A stretch of 64,000 bases of DNA from Methanobacteriota archaeon (GTDB taxonomy: Archaea > Halobacteriota > Bog-38 > Methanoflorentales > Methanoflorentaceae): positions 352,001 to 416,000 of the forward strand of contig CAVRAO010000008.1 in assembly GCA_963719035.1 (NCBI GenBank), written 5' to 3'. The notes under the pieces were generated by a model. That model was not told where the DNA came from. It was given only the letters and a program-made list of their open reading frames with translations, and ran no database searches. Made by a program: the position numbers and the translations under genes. Position 1 is the stretch's first letter, and every line of letters begins with the position of its first letter. This document shows, piece by piece, positions 1 through 10,472 of the stretch.

Positions 1-694
1 CTCGGGCATACTTAACGACGATGGCACCGACACGATCCAAAACATCTTGCGGGGTATGCGAAAGGATGTCGAGTTCAGCGCCTTCACAATGCATCTTAAG
101 GAAATCGATGCGGTCGAGCCCATTGGAACTGAAGACATCCGCGAGCGTGACAGATTCGACGTCAATGGCGCTGACAAAGCCCCGGCCGTTCGACGGATAG
201 AACGTGTGTCCGTAACTCTTTTTCTCAGAAATCCACAGCCTCTTAATGCCTCGTGAATCACTGACCGCTTGCCTGAGCGCTTTGACGTTGTTTAGCCCGT
301 TAAGAGCAATGTTTTTCTGCAAAAACCTAAAATTACGGGGATGTGGTTCGTAACAGATCACGGTGTCGCTTGACGCGCTTGCTTGTACAGCAAATACTCC
401 TATGTGTGCGCCGATGTCTATCACCGTACCGTAGACCGGCCATTGTGAGTATAGGTCGTTGCGAAGGATCTCGTTAAGGATTGACAAATCCCCCATTTTG
501 GGACGGAGAACGTATTTTAGACCATTTCGCGTGGTTATCAGTGTCGCACTGTCCGTCGATGCAGATGGAGAGAAACGGATGAATAGTGGTAGGTACCAGT
601 TTCGTACGAGCACGATTAGTCCAATGAACGCGTTCAATAGCGCCGCCATTCTCTTGACGTTCGAGAATAACCGCTTGAGTTCACCCACTAGCAT
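1..694 (-). CDS. FkbM-family SAM-dependent methyltransferase (runs off window start)
   Basis: Manual minus-strand translation from ATG 694 gives VIDIGAHIG...YEPHPRNF..LQKNIALN...LKMHCEGAE, which are FkbM motifs. Missing from the ORF track because there is no stop in the window. Confidence 0.85.
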   Translation of the reverse strand, partial: MLVGELKRLFSNVKRMAALLNAFIGLIVLVRNWYLPLFIRFSPSASTDSATLITTRNGLKYVLRPKMGDLSILNEILRNDLYSQWPVYGTVIDIGAHIGVFAVQASASSDTVICYEPHPRNFRFLQKNIALNGLNNVKALRQAVSDSRGIKRLWISEKKSYGHTFYPSNGRGFVSAIDVESVTLADVFSSNGLDRIDFLKMHCEGAELDILSHTPQDVLDRVGAIVVKYAR

Positions 695-929
695 CACTTT
701 GGTTGCTTAATCTCGTCGTTTTTATCTTCAAGACCCGTATGGGTGGTTTACTGCTTCGTAACCGGCTAAATCTCGCCAAGCACTTCTGCCACTTTGGCTC
801 GCGCAAACTCGTATTAATCCACAGCGTTTTTATACGTGCTGGTGCGCTCTTGACGTCCGAAATGTAGATCAGTTAGAGTACGACTGCCAACCGTTGGTAT
901 TCTACGACTAAAACCTCCTTGAAGTTGAA

Positions 930-2015
930 ATGAGAACTGCAAAACAACAGCACTGGAACACCAAAGCACTGCCATCAAAGTACACGACAATTGACCTCAA
1001 TCGACGGTTCTCGGCAATCGAAATGCGCAAAATGCGCAGGGGGCTTGTACCTCAACAGATGGAAGATAAGTGGTTTATCTTCTGGGAACGTGATGCGTTA
1101 TACTTCCACCGCAGCTGGACAGGTCACTGCATCTACGTCGTTCGTTTCGTTAACGAAGGTGACTCGTGCGTGATGATCGAAGCAGATGTGAATCGAGACC
1201 CGGAACAATGGACAGAAACCAGCGCTGAAAGAGACGCGGAAATGATCTCATACCTGATTGATGTGCTTCTCCTTCATCGGCAAGCCGTTTTTCCGAGTGA
1301 CGATCCGTCTATCCAGAAGCGAGTAATAACGGAATGGAGCCTCGTTGGACGGGCTATGTTCGGCCAACATCCCTACAGTGAAAGGCCTGATGTGGAAGCG
1401 GCCGCGATAAAGGCAGAACGAATGATAAATTTGATCGACCGTGCGCCAAAGTTCGAGGGAACCGCATATCGTGGTATTAGAGTAGCAGAAAAAGATGCAG
1501 AGGCTATAGAACTTGCAAATAAGACGTTTCCGGGGCTTAAAATGTTTGTGCGAGATGTCAACCTCCCTGATACGATCGCTTCAAAGTATAAGCAAGGCAT
1601 GATCATACGGGAAAAAGGCCTTACTGATACTTCTGTCAGGGTAACGGGAATGATTACCACGCACAGATATTCGATATTGTCTAATCACATGCGTGATTTG
1701 CGATTTAATGAAAAAACGATAAATTGGGGGCTGTGCGTAGCCACTGCGGACTCATACTTCAAGGTTTTGGACACCTATCAGTATGGCAATAAAACTCAGA
1801 TACTTCTCCTTCACCTGCCGGAAGATGAGGATTGGAAGCTGTTTCAAAACATTGTTTTCAGTCTTGAAAGCGACTTGATTAAAACATCGAGAGAGAGCTT
1901 TAAAAACAAATGTAATGAAGCCCCAATACCCGAATTGGCGACAGAAGAATGGCTTTCTCGTTGTGCATTTCCGCTAGGAATGGACGATAACGGGAACTTC
2001 TTTGAGCTTGAATAA
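930..2015 (+). CDS. Chimeric hypothetical protein: MEDKWF-type N-terminal domain plus ADP-ribosyltransferase-like C-terminal domain
   Basis: 361-aa ORF; PQQMEDKWFIF..HRSWTG domain; PKFEGTAYRG and GMIIREKGLTDTS resemble VIP2-type ART motifs. Confidence 0.5.
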   Translation: MRTAKQQHWNTKALPSKYTTIDLNRRFSAIEMRKMRRGLVPQQMEDKWFIFWERDALYFHRSWTGHCIYVVRFVNEGDSCVMIEADVNRDPEQWTETSAERDAEMISYLIDVLLLHRQAVFPSDDPSIQKRVITEWSLVGRAMFGQHPYSERPDVEAAAIKAERMINLIDRAPKFEGTAYRGIRVAEKDAEAIELANKTFPGLKMFVRDVNLPDTIASKYKQGMIIREKGLTDTSVRVTGMITTHRYSILSNHMRDLRFNEKTINWGLCVATADSYFKVLDTYQYGNKTQILLLHLPEDEDWKLFQNIVFSLESDLIKTSRESFKNKCNEAPIPELATEEWLSRCAFPLGMDDNGNFFELE

Positions 2016-2257
2016 GTGATTTCTGAACAAGTGATTATTCGGACTTCTTAAATTAGATCGTTTTATGAAAAACCGAATAGAGGTCAATAGCCATCGACAT
2101 TAGCTGTAATTCGATCAGCTATCTGATAGTTTTTGCAGCGCTTTCGCAGCGGCTTCATTCTTAACCGCAACTTGCTCGAGCCATATTGTTCTTGGGGCCA
2201 GTGTGAATGGCGGTAACAGGGTGCCCCTTCAGCAGCAGCGCAGCAACTACTTCTTAG

Positions 2258-2407
2258 AGTCTTAAGAAGTTAATTGGTAAGGTTGAAACTATTAAAATAA
2301 TAGAAAAACTTCTTGAGGAGCTGGCAAAGGGCATAGAATCTCTTATGAATATGCTGGATGAGATACATAAGACGCCACAGCTTCCGTCAAACAATAACGG
2401 AGCTTAG
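2258..2407 (+). pseudogene. Start-less 3' gene fragment
   Basis: AT-rich open stretch LKKLIGKVETIKIIEKLLEELAKGIESLMNMLDEIHK...* with no plausible start at its 5' end. Confidence 0.3.
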
Positions 2408-2634
2408 AAAAGACTCCAAGAATGATAACGAAATAGCGACATAGCGTGTTCATTTTAACCTCTCCTTATCTCCTCCCTCTTTATTTCTTTTTTCGATTTC
2501 AAGTACGTAGCGGGTTCCTTTCACGCCATGACCAAGAAGGAACAAGTAATAGCTCAGAAAGTGCCTTGCACATCCCCTTTGAATAACAATCAACGTCTCG
2601 CAACCATTTTCGAGCATGTTATTAGACGGGTCTC

Positions 2635-2859
2635 TTAATTCTTTCTCCTGACTTCTTTTACAAAAATCCCGATGTAAATCAGCACTATGCCTGCAATGAT
2701 ACTAATAACGTGCAGGACGCCAGACACGTTAAGCGCAAATCCACTTACTAAGATATCATACGCAGCGAGTCCAGCACCGAAGAGACCGATCACGATTAAC
2801 AATATCCTAAGACCTAAATCCCGTACCATATCTACTCCTTCTTCGTCGTTCGTTATCAA
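2635..2859 (-). CDS. Small two-TM membrane protein
   Basis: Two hydrophobic helices and a basic tail; GGAG RBS before MVRD. Confidence 0.65.
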   Translation of the reverse strand: MITNDEEGVDMVRDLGLRILLIVIGLFGAGLAAYDILVSGFALNVSGVLHVISIIAGIVLIYIGIFVKEVRRKN

Positions 2860-3194
2860 AAAAATGAATCAACTACGTAACACTAGCTGACGTGACTTAA
2901 GCGTTATCTTTAGGGGTCAATAGAGATCGTATCGGTCGTTGTCGCCGAACTTGAGCGAGAACTTGTGCGTGCAGATCGGTTGCATATCGAGCACTAGTGA
3001 AGTTAAGGCTTAACCGTTGTGATTCGTGCAAGAATCCAATTTGTATATTCTGGTGCAAAATTACCTAGATTTCGTCCTGTTGACGACTCAAGACAATATT
3101 GACAAATTTTTATAAGGTTAATTATATAAAAGTCGCACCTCAATATAGCTCGTTTAAATGCGCGCCACGCGCGCTGCCATTGCGAGGTGAAAAA

Positions 3195-5459
3195 ATGAAT
3201 GATCGAGTTAAAACTATCATCATCATTATTCCAGTCGTACTCATCATCTTTGGATCAATGGCAGCGACGGTGTCCGCTACCCAGTACTCTTTAACCCTCG
3301 CCGGGCCCCAAACGGTCGCCGCCGGACAGACGTTTGTCGTCAGCGGGGTGTACACGGAAGGTGGCGAGGGGAAAGCAGGAATAAGCGTGGACATTTTCGA
3401 CGTGACTTCAGATTCGATATGCAGCGCATGTCACGATAATACCGGTACTAAGATAGGCAGCGCTATTACCGGTGAAGGTGGCGTCTACAAGACGACCGTA
3501 GGGCCACTCTCCGGCGGTGATTACGTTTTCGGTGCGCTTGTGGTGGGATCTAGCATCACCCACCCGGGGGTGGAAAGCGACCCGCTGAATGTGCATGTCT
3601 TTTCGTGCTCTATAACCCTCGTGGGCCCAGAGACCGCGACTGCCACTAAGAACTTCACTATCAACGGCACGCTGAGCGTTGGAACTACGGGCATAGCTGA
3701 CGCGACGATAACGCTGCAGCGCTCCATAGACAATGCGATCTGGAGCAACGTGACAACGAACCAGACGAATAGTACGGGCGGCTACCAATTTAGCAAGAAC
3801 GAATCGGCTGCAGGCACCTATTACTATCGCACAGCCTATGACGGCAATGATACATACGGCAACACCACGAGCGGTGTTGTCGAGATCACAGTCTTGAGCG
3901 TTGCACCGCCGCAAAGCATGCGATTCACAGACGGCTGCGACAAGAGTGTCTATATCGGGGCCCCTACTCATATTTCCGCTGCATGGGACCCGAGTTCTGA
4001 TCCGGACGTAGCGGGCTACCGCTCTTACTGGCGCGTGACGTCTCCATCTGGTGAGAGTACTAGCGTGACCATCGATGTGGGCCTTGTCACTTCTACGACC
4101 TTCACGTTTACACCCGCTGTTGCGGGGGTCTACTCAATCCAGCTCAACTGCACCGCGTACACTACAGCGGGCATCGAAGGAGATGCGAGTAACACAGCGG
4201 CGTGTTCGGTATATGCGAACGCCCCGCCGACCCCGCTTGCTGTCACCGCCATCGACCCCTCTGATAATGTGTTGAACGTACCTTATGACAAAGTTATCAA
4301 CGTTACTTTCAACAAGAGCGTCCAACAAAGCACGAACTACAGTAACATCACCCTTGCCAACGGCAGCACGAAAGTGGGCATCACTACAGCTATCACAAGC
4401 GACCTCCTTACAATTACTCCCACGAACGCCCTAACGCGCGATATGACCTATACCGTCACTATCCCTCGCGATGCGGTCAAGAATGGTACCTTTACGCTCG
4501 AGACTGACTTCATTTCCCGTTTCACTACTGAACCAAAGAAACCCACCACGCTTGACGCCTCTGCTCCAGCCACAGCATCCGTTACTAAGAACTTCACCAT
4601 CAACGGCACGCTGAGCGCTGGTAATACGCTCGTCGACAGCCAAACGATCACCCTGCAGCGTTCTACTGACAAAATCATGTGGAACAACTTCACGACGAAC
4701 GTGACCAACGCGACGGGCGACTACCAGTTTAGTAAAAATGAGTCAGCCGCAGGTACCTCCTACTATCGCACCGCCTATGACGGTAACGACACGTACGGCA
4801 ACGCGACAAGTGCAGTTGTGACCGTACAAGTGTACAAGATGCCTACGCAGCTCTCAGCGGCTCCTAATCGTACTGTAGTAGCGATCAACAACCCCTTTAC
4901 GATTAACGGAACGCTCAACACCACCGACGGCACCCCAATCGCGGGCGCCACGGTACAGCTCCAGAAGAACATAAGCGGCACGTGGCAGGACGCCCCCCTA
5001 AAGACCGCAACCACGACGGCAAGCGGTACGTATCGCATCAGCACGAGTGAGTCAACTGTCGGTACCTACCAGTACCGCGCGACCTACGCAGGCGACGATA
5101 CCTATGTCGGTAATAACAGCACGAGCGTCAGCGTTAAGGTAGTCAGCAAGGCTTCCGTTCAACAAGATTTCGCTACCCTTAGAACCACCTTCAACAATCA
5201 GCCTAACTCAGCTTTCATGCCCGGCACCAAGAGCGCCCTCATTGCTGTGCTGAACGCCGCTGAGCTGCAGATGCGCTACGGCCACTACAGCGCCGCCGCA
5301 TACACCCTCCAATATCAGTTCCTCGTACGCACGGACGGCTGCGCACTCCGTGGCACACTGGATACCGCCGATCTCGTCCGGACGTGTGCCGCACAGGGAC
5401 AGCTCTATCCGCAGGTGCAGAATCTGATACAGGAGCTAAATGCGTTGCAGGGTTCGTGA
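3195..5459 (+). CDS. Large exported Ig-like repeat surface protein (FN3-like and SbsA/Big_5-like domains, one CxxCH)
   Basis: GAGGTGA RBS at 3184-3190, signal peptide, Thr-rich beta domains, many NxS/T sequons, internal repeats. Confidence 0.85.
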   Translation: MNDRVKTIIIIIPVVLIIFGSMAATVSATQYSLTLAGPQTVAAGQTFVVSGVYTEGGEGKAGISVDIFDVTSDSICSACHDNTGTKIGSAITGEGGVYKTTVGPLSGGDYVFGALVVGSSITHPGVESDPLNVHVFSCSITLVGPETATATKNFTINGTLSVGTTGIADATITLQRSIDNAIWSNVTTNQTNSTGGYQFSKNESAAGTYYYRTAYDGNDTYGNTTSGVVEITVLSVAPPQSMRFTDGCDKSVYIGAPTHISAAWDPSSDPDVAGYRSYWRVTSPSGESTSVTIDVGLVTSTTFTFTPAVAGVYSIQLNCTAYTTAGIEGDASNTAACSVYANAPPTPLAVTAIDPSDNVLNVPYDKVINVTFNKSVQQSTNYSNITLANGSTKVGITTAITSDLLTITPTNALTRDMTYTVTIPRDAVKNGTFTLETDFISRFTTEPKKPTTLDASAPATASVTKNFTINGTLSAGNTLVDSQTITLQRSTDKIMWNNFTTNVTNATGDYQFSKNESAAGTSYYRTAYDGNDTYGNATSAVVTVQVYKMPTQLSAAPNRTVVAINNPFTINGTLNTTDGTPIAGATVQLQKNISGTWQDAPLKTATTTASGTYRISTSESTVGTYQYRATYAGDDTYVGNNSTSVSVKVVSKASVQQDFATLRTTFNNQPNSAFMPGTKSALIAVLNAAELQMRYGHYSAAAYTLQYQFLVRTDGCALRGTLDTADLVRTCAAQGQLYPQVQNLIQELNALQGS
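3640..4830 (+). repeat. Intragenic duplicated Ig-like module (~3640-3890 and ~4575-4830), with a third diverged copy after it
   Basis: TKNFTINGTLS...TITLQRS...YQFSKNESAAGT.YYRTAYDGNDTYGN occurs twice. Confidence 0.9.
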
Positions 5460-5486
5460 GGGGGGCTATACCCCCTCCATTTTTTT
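5458..5486 (+). terminator. GC hairpin plus T-run terminator
   Basis: GAGGGGG...CCCCCTC stem followed by T7 directly after the stop codon. Confidence 0.7.
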
Positions 5487-5805
5487 AACACAATTAGGCG
5501 AAGCAATTAGCCGCTAGCGATTATCTATAGATACGCTTCGTAACCACGTGAATAACGTACGTGAAGTGCTGTGGACAATATCTGCGTTGTCATTCAGGAG
5601 ATGTTTGAGCTTGGGCATTGAGCCAAAGTTTGACTTAATACTCGCTACCATGCCTTTGGAATATTTCTTGACAATCCAAGAAAGATTAAAACTCGAAACA
5701 ACGAGACAAGTCGCACGTCACGAAAGAAGATGTTGAGAACGTTCTTAGATATTTCGCCAACGCAGAGAAGAACGGATTGATCAGCAGTTACAGGGCTAAG
5801 CATTA

Positions 5806-5958
5806 CATGGCTTTTATTCCCCTATTTGTAACAAATGCGTTCACTATCACCGAAATCGAAGTGGGAAGATAACCTGCGATTTACACCCCGACCGCATACC
5901 GCATGAGATACTAACCGGCGATGAAACGTGCGACCAATGGAAGGGTGAAGAAAGCTAA
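5806..5958 (+). pseudogene. Small Cys4 protein (CxxC..C..IPxEILxG..C family), no clean start
   Basis: Reads GFYSPICNKCVHYHRNRSGKITCDLHPDRIPHEILTGDETCDQWKGEES*. Confidence 0.6.
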
Positions 5959-5987
5959 AAATCTCGCCCTATTTTGACAACGGAGGC
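5820..5987 (+). repeat. Dispersed ~170-bp repeat, copy 1 (copy 2 at ~34320-34486)
   Basis: Shared blocks AAATGCGTTCACTATCA, TAACCTGCGAT, GAGATACTAA, TGCGACCAATGGA and ATTTTGACAACGGAGGC. Confidence 0.9.
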
Positions 5988-6252
5988 CTAGTCTTACTGT
6001 CAGTTTCTATCTCTACAACTTGCGGTGGATGCCACCGCGGCGTGCACACTGATCGCCCAACCAGGCCCGATCGACGCTCTGCGAGAGGTCGCGACCATTC
6101 AGCACGACCGTGAGCGGCCCGCCTACGAAATGTCGATCAGAAATCAATTAACGCTTTACAGATCTCGAAAAGCAGCAATACATACCAGTCGGGAAGATAA
6201 CGTCAAAATATCCGTTATTTTAGAGATAGAGCTGCAGAACGATCCGGTCTTG

Positions 6253-7002
6253 CTATTCTATTTGCGGGCTTAGTGTCAGGTCCTGTAGCTCATAAGTATC
6301 CAGGTCTGCAGTCTTAGTCGTACAGATGGTGTTGAGGGCACGTTGCTGCTCCCTGTAGTCCGGACATAGAGTTGCCAGCTTGGCCCAGAACCTCTTCGAA
6401 TGGTTGAATTCGAAAAGGTGAGTCAACTCGTGGATCATGACATATTTCGCCAGTCTGTCTGGTAGCGCGATCAATTGCCACGTGAAGACCAAATCACCGT
6501 CCTTCGTGCAGTAGCCCCATCGCTTTGTATTTTTGACGGATACATTACCCACGCTGATGCCAAACCGCTTCGCATAAACGGGCAATTTGCTTGTTAGAAG
6601 CTCTAAGGTTGCTTTTCTCATCCATTCTTTCAATAAAGAAAGCGGCTCTTTCGTTCCGTTCACGTGAATGATGAGTTTGTCGCTGTTTATCTCAATCCCG
6701 TCTTTAGTGGATGAAACCGCATATATCTCAAGATACCGCCCTTTATACATGATAGAACCAGCATCAAAAACACACCTTCTGCTCGATAACTCGCCGTATT
6801 TTCGCTCTATCCATCCGTGCTTCTTCTTCAAAACGCTTTGTGGATCCACGTGAGCATTTGGTGGAATAACGACTTCAAGGTGGAGATCTTGCGTAAATCT
6901 GAGGTGAATGTACTTAGAGCTCTTGCCGACTTTCACGTGGTACGGAACCTCAATATCACGTACTGTTACTGTTCCCACACATCCACCTATAGATTGTACC
7001 AA
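6253..7002 (-). CDS. YgjP/DUF45 (M48-like) zinc metalloprotease
   Basis: RWGYC...YVMIHELTH..EFNHSKRFW; the true start may be a GTG a few codons downstream. Confidence 0.9.
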   Translation of the reverse strand: MVQSIGGCVGTVTVRDIEVPYHVKVGKSSKYIHLRFTQDLHLEVVIPPNAHVDPQSVLKKKHGWIERKYGELSSRRCVFDAGSIMYKGRYLEIYAVSSTKDGIEINSDKLIIHVNGTKEPLSLLKEWMRKATLELLTSKLPVYAKRFGISVGNVSVKNTKRWGYCTKDGDLVFTWQLIALPDRLAKYVMIHELTHLFEFNHSKRFWAKLATLCPDYREQQRALNTICTTKTADLDTYELQDLTLSPQIE

Positions 7003-7345
7003 ATGATGAAATTAATCAATTCCTCAGCCAAAGAGGAGAGCTGTTTCATATCAAGGTCGCCTTGAGCATCTGCGCGGGTCGGGGTTCTTGCTTTGGCCGG
7101 CATGCCCGTCTCGTTCTCTTCACACTTTCATGTTCTTTACGTGGCCCACGGTACAGGATAGCTTTATCGGGTTTTTCTAGCGTCAATAATGGCGCCAAAA
7201 TGGCCGTCATTCCCGGAGCGGCGACCCTAGGAATTCTGCGAAGGCAATCATACAGGCGAAAAAGGCACCATAGGAGTGCAGCGCACTCCTGAGCGTCTTT
7301 GCCGCCCGCCGATTTATCTTTTCACTGCATCACTTGCAAACGCTG

Positions 7346-8056
7346 TCAGCCGCTGATCAGCAATCCTATCAGGACACCCGCGATAGCTGCCGCGGTTGCG
7401 ATGGCTATGGTCTCCAGTACCGTCCTTCCCAGCGGGCGGTTGCCTATCTTTGCCCTGCCGACACCGAGCAGGATCAGGAGGGTAGCTGTTCCAAGGATAC
7501 AGATTGTCCGGGCCTCGGCAAACGGCAGTAATGCGAAAGGTATCACTGGGGTTATTCCGGCTCCAAAATCCGTGATCCCCATCCAGCCGGCCCGCACGAG
7601 CAGGGAGTCTTTCTGGGAGGTGGGGGTCTCCTCACTGGCGACCGCATCCTCGAATGTGCAAATCGCCAGGGGGTTAGCCTGTATATCAGTCCGGATCGTA
7701 TCGAGGCATGTACTGCTCAGGCCTGTTCCCTGCAGCACGCCCATCATCTCGTTCACTGCACGGTCAGGATCACGACGGATCTCGGCTTCCCGCTGCTTTG
7801 CCTCCACCCGGGCTTCGTCTCTCTCGGACTCGAGATCGAGGTAAAGCCCCGCCATCATCGAGACCGACGCCGCAATGGCGCCCGTAGCGCCTGCAAGAAA
7901 CACGGCACTTCCTGACTGGGCGCCTACTGCGACACCGAGCACGAGCCCGAAGATCGAGACCGCACCATCCACCATGCCGAATACGATGTCCCCCGCAGAG
8001 CCGCGGAGTGATTCCCTCATCCGGTAGAGGAATGACGGGCTGGGTACGGCGCTCAT
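7346..8056 (-). CDS. VIT1/CCC1 family metal transporter
   Basis: DIVFGMVDG...SMMAGLYL motif and TM pattern. Confidence 0.9.
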   Translation of the reverse strand: MSAVPSPSFLYRMRESLRGSAGDIVFGMVDGAVSIFGLVLGVAVGAQSGSAVFLAGATGAIAASVSMMAGLYLDLESERDEARVEAKQREAEIRRDPDRAVNEMMGVLQGTGLSSTCLDTIRTDIQANPLAICTFEDAVASEETPTSQKDSLLVRAGWMGITDFGAGITPVIPFALLPFAEARTICILGTATLLILLGVGRAKIGNRPLGRTVLETIAIATAAAIAGVLIGLLISG

Positions 8057-8640
8057 GCCCGGATCAACCTCACAAATATTAAAATCATGGAGTTTAAAGG
8101 GAATCCAAGAAATATAAAAGAACAGGAAATGAGTTGGGGATTACTTCGTCAATTCCAGTTTCTCACCATGGTGGATCAGCCGGTGTTTGTTTACACATTC
8201 CCTGTTCTCGGTCCGCCCATCACGGTGCGTGGTATTTCTGCACGCAGCGGAGGCATTCTACCAGTTCTGCCCTTAGAATTGACCTATTTCGTCAGGTGCT
8301 CTTCTTTGTCATAATCCTGTGTTCCGGGCGGAGCAGGCAAATAGTGTACGAATGGGGATATAACGGGCCGGACTCGTGGTTTATGACACGACGGGTGACG
8401 ACATCTCCAACCGCCGCACCAGCTTCTGAAGGGTCCCGCCAAGCAATCTGTGGGATGCCGCCTTCAGTGGATTGCAGTCAGAGTGGCATGCATTTCTCAT
8501 GATCCCTTGCGGCCCTAACGTTGTCTTGAGACGGGGGAAAGGCGTCGAAATCCCCGCATGTCTGACCTGTTGCGGGAGAAAAACAAAAGATTAATCCTTC
8601 AGGAATTAACAGCTGAGATTGCTTTTCATGAACAAAGAAG

Positions 8641-8718
8641 ATCCGAAAGGTGAGGCGATGCATCTTGCTAAAAGCCGGTATCCGGAAGGTGAGGCGATGC
8701 ACCTTACCAAAAGCCGGC
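8641..8718 (+). repeat. 39-bp tandem duplication containing an RBS and start codon
   Basis: ATCCG[A/G]AAGGTGAGGCGATGCA[T/C]CTT...AAAAGCCGG occurs twice. Confidence 0.9.
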
Positions 8719-9299
8719 TGGAAGCCCTGACGGATGGGATCTTTGCCTTCTCGATGACATTGCTTGTTGTAGGCATCAACATACCGGAGAAGGCGTCCCT
8801 GGTCCAATCAACACCCTTCGTCACGAACCTTCTCCTCTCGCTGTGGTCTGATTTTTTCCATTATATGCTGGCCTTCCTGATCCTCGGGGCATTCTGGCTT
8901 AGCCACCATGTCGAGCTCCATCCCGTGAGTCGCCTGGACCGGACGTATGTCTGGCTTAATATGGGGACCCTCATGTTCGTTGCCCTCCTTCCTTTCTCCA
9001 CCTCCTTTTCGGGTGATTTTCCTGGTGTCCCGCTCGGTCAGATCGTGTTCGAGCTGAACCTTTTTGCTCTCGGGATGGGGATGTTCCTGCAATGGAAGTA
9101 CGCCACTGGGAAAGACCGCCTGGTTGAACCGGGAATGGACCCCGGTTTCGTCCGGCAGGTGGGCACCCGCTCCCTGGTCGTTCCCTTTGTCTCCCTCCTC
9201 GCGATCCTTATCGCCCTGACGGGGAAGACGTGGAGCACGGCGGTTTACCTGCTCCTTCCACCGATCGAGTATGTCGTCGTCCGCTGGGCGAGGAGGTAG
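8658..9299 (+). CDS. TMEM175 (DUF1211) family potassium channel
   Basis: RLEALTDGIFAFSMTLL, W..HH and LLPFST motifs. Confidence 0.9.
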   Translation: MHLAKSRYPEGEAMHLTKSRLEALTDGIFAFSMTLLVVGINIPEKASLVQSTPFVTNLLLSLWSDFFHYMLAFLILGAFWLSHHVELHPVSRLDRTYVWLNMGTLMFVALLPFSTSFSGDFPGVPLGQIVFELNLFALGMGMFLQWKYATGKDRLVEPGMDPGFVRQVGTRSLVVPFVSLLAILIALTGKTWSTAVYLLLPPIEYVVVRWARR

Positions 9300-9526
9300 G
9301 CAGAACCTTCCGCGTGAACCATCGTTCATCCCAGCATCCCCCCCTGTGCACCTACCCGTCTAAACCCGGCTACGAGACCGTGTCGCGTCGTGTATTCCCG
9401 GAGAAATGACCCATAGTGAAGAAAAAGCCTACTGCCTCAGATTAATCGGTCGCTATAAGGAGCGGCAGCCACCCCAATCTACTTTAAGAGACGCTTCACT
9501 CAATTGTAATTCAGCTTCTTATGATC

Positions 9527-9925
9527 TTATTCCGTAGTCACTCCGTCGAATTCCGCTTCATTGGCTTCGGCTTCTTCCTTCGTGGCGCGTACGATTCCAT
9601 CCTTGTGATGTGCCGGAGAATAGATCGTATAGAGTTTCAGGTCTTCTGTTTTAGAGGTGTTGATGATATTATGCTGTGCTCCGGCGGGCACCACCACTGC
9701 AACTCCGTCACTAAGTGCATATTCGTTGCCGTCAATTACGCACTTTCCCTGCCCGCTCTCGAAACGGAAAAACTGGTCGTTTTCCTCATGCACTTCCATT
9801 CCTATGTCTTCTTCGGGCTTGAGGCTCATCAGTACAAGCTGGCTGTGCTTTGACGTATAGAGTACATTGCGGAAATTGCCATTTTCCAGAGTTGCTTTTT
9901 CGATATTATTACAAAATCCTTTCAT
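9527..9925 (-). CDS. Cupin-domain protein
   Basis: IGMEVH..DQFFRFESG...VPAGAQHNI. Confidence 0.9.
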   Translation of the reverse strand: MKGFCNNIEKATLENGNFRNVLYTSKHSQLVLMSLKPEEDIGMEVHEENDQFFRFESGQGKCVIDGNEYALSDGVAVVVPAGAQHNIINTSKTEDLKLYTIYSPAHHKDGIVRATKEEAEANEAEFDGVTTE

Positions 9926-10472
9926 ATTTTTCAATTAATAGTGACTCTATATAAATCGTTAGAAGCTTTCAAATATCTACAGGATCGCGTGCACGATGTA
10001 TGGTTACCCGACAGCGCACGGCAGCATGTCCGACAAATTATCAAACAGATACACGCGCAAATAAACCTACAGCGCGAATACAGCGGGACATATGAACCGC
10101 CTTGAGGGTGCAAAATAAGAGTTTTGCTAGTTTGCTAGCCATAATAATACACACAATAAACTGAAAGGAAGGTTCTTCAAGCAAGTATCAGCGACGAATG
10201 GTAGGGGCCATAAAGAGTGAGGTTACTCTAGTTTGGCCAACTAGTTGATGAGGCGACCCCATGCCCTTCGAAGCCAGAACACGTGCCCTCGCGGCGTTCA
10301 GCTCGCTCGGATCCGTCCCGAGAATGGCTTCCAATAGATCATTGCTCGCCACGCGCTCCACCCTCTGTCGTGCCTGTGCTTATATCGTCCACCGCTGAGC
10401 GCGCTGCGCTTAATAGAAACTGCAGACGCCTGGCCTTGCCTATCGATAATCGTACCTAGCACAAGGCGCTTG

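Noticed and set aside
2942-2962. TCGCC-GAACTTG-AGCGA as a further att-like motif (also partial matches at ~7250, ~13890, ~23345)
   Set aside because: Only one arm matches well, which I cannot distinguish from chance without a PWM scan.
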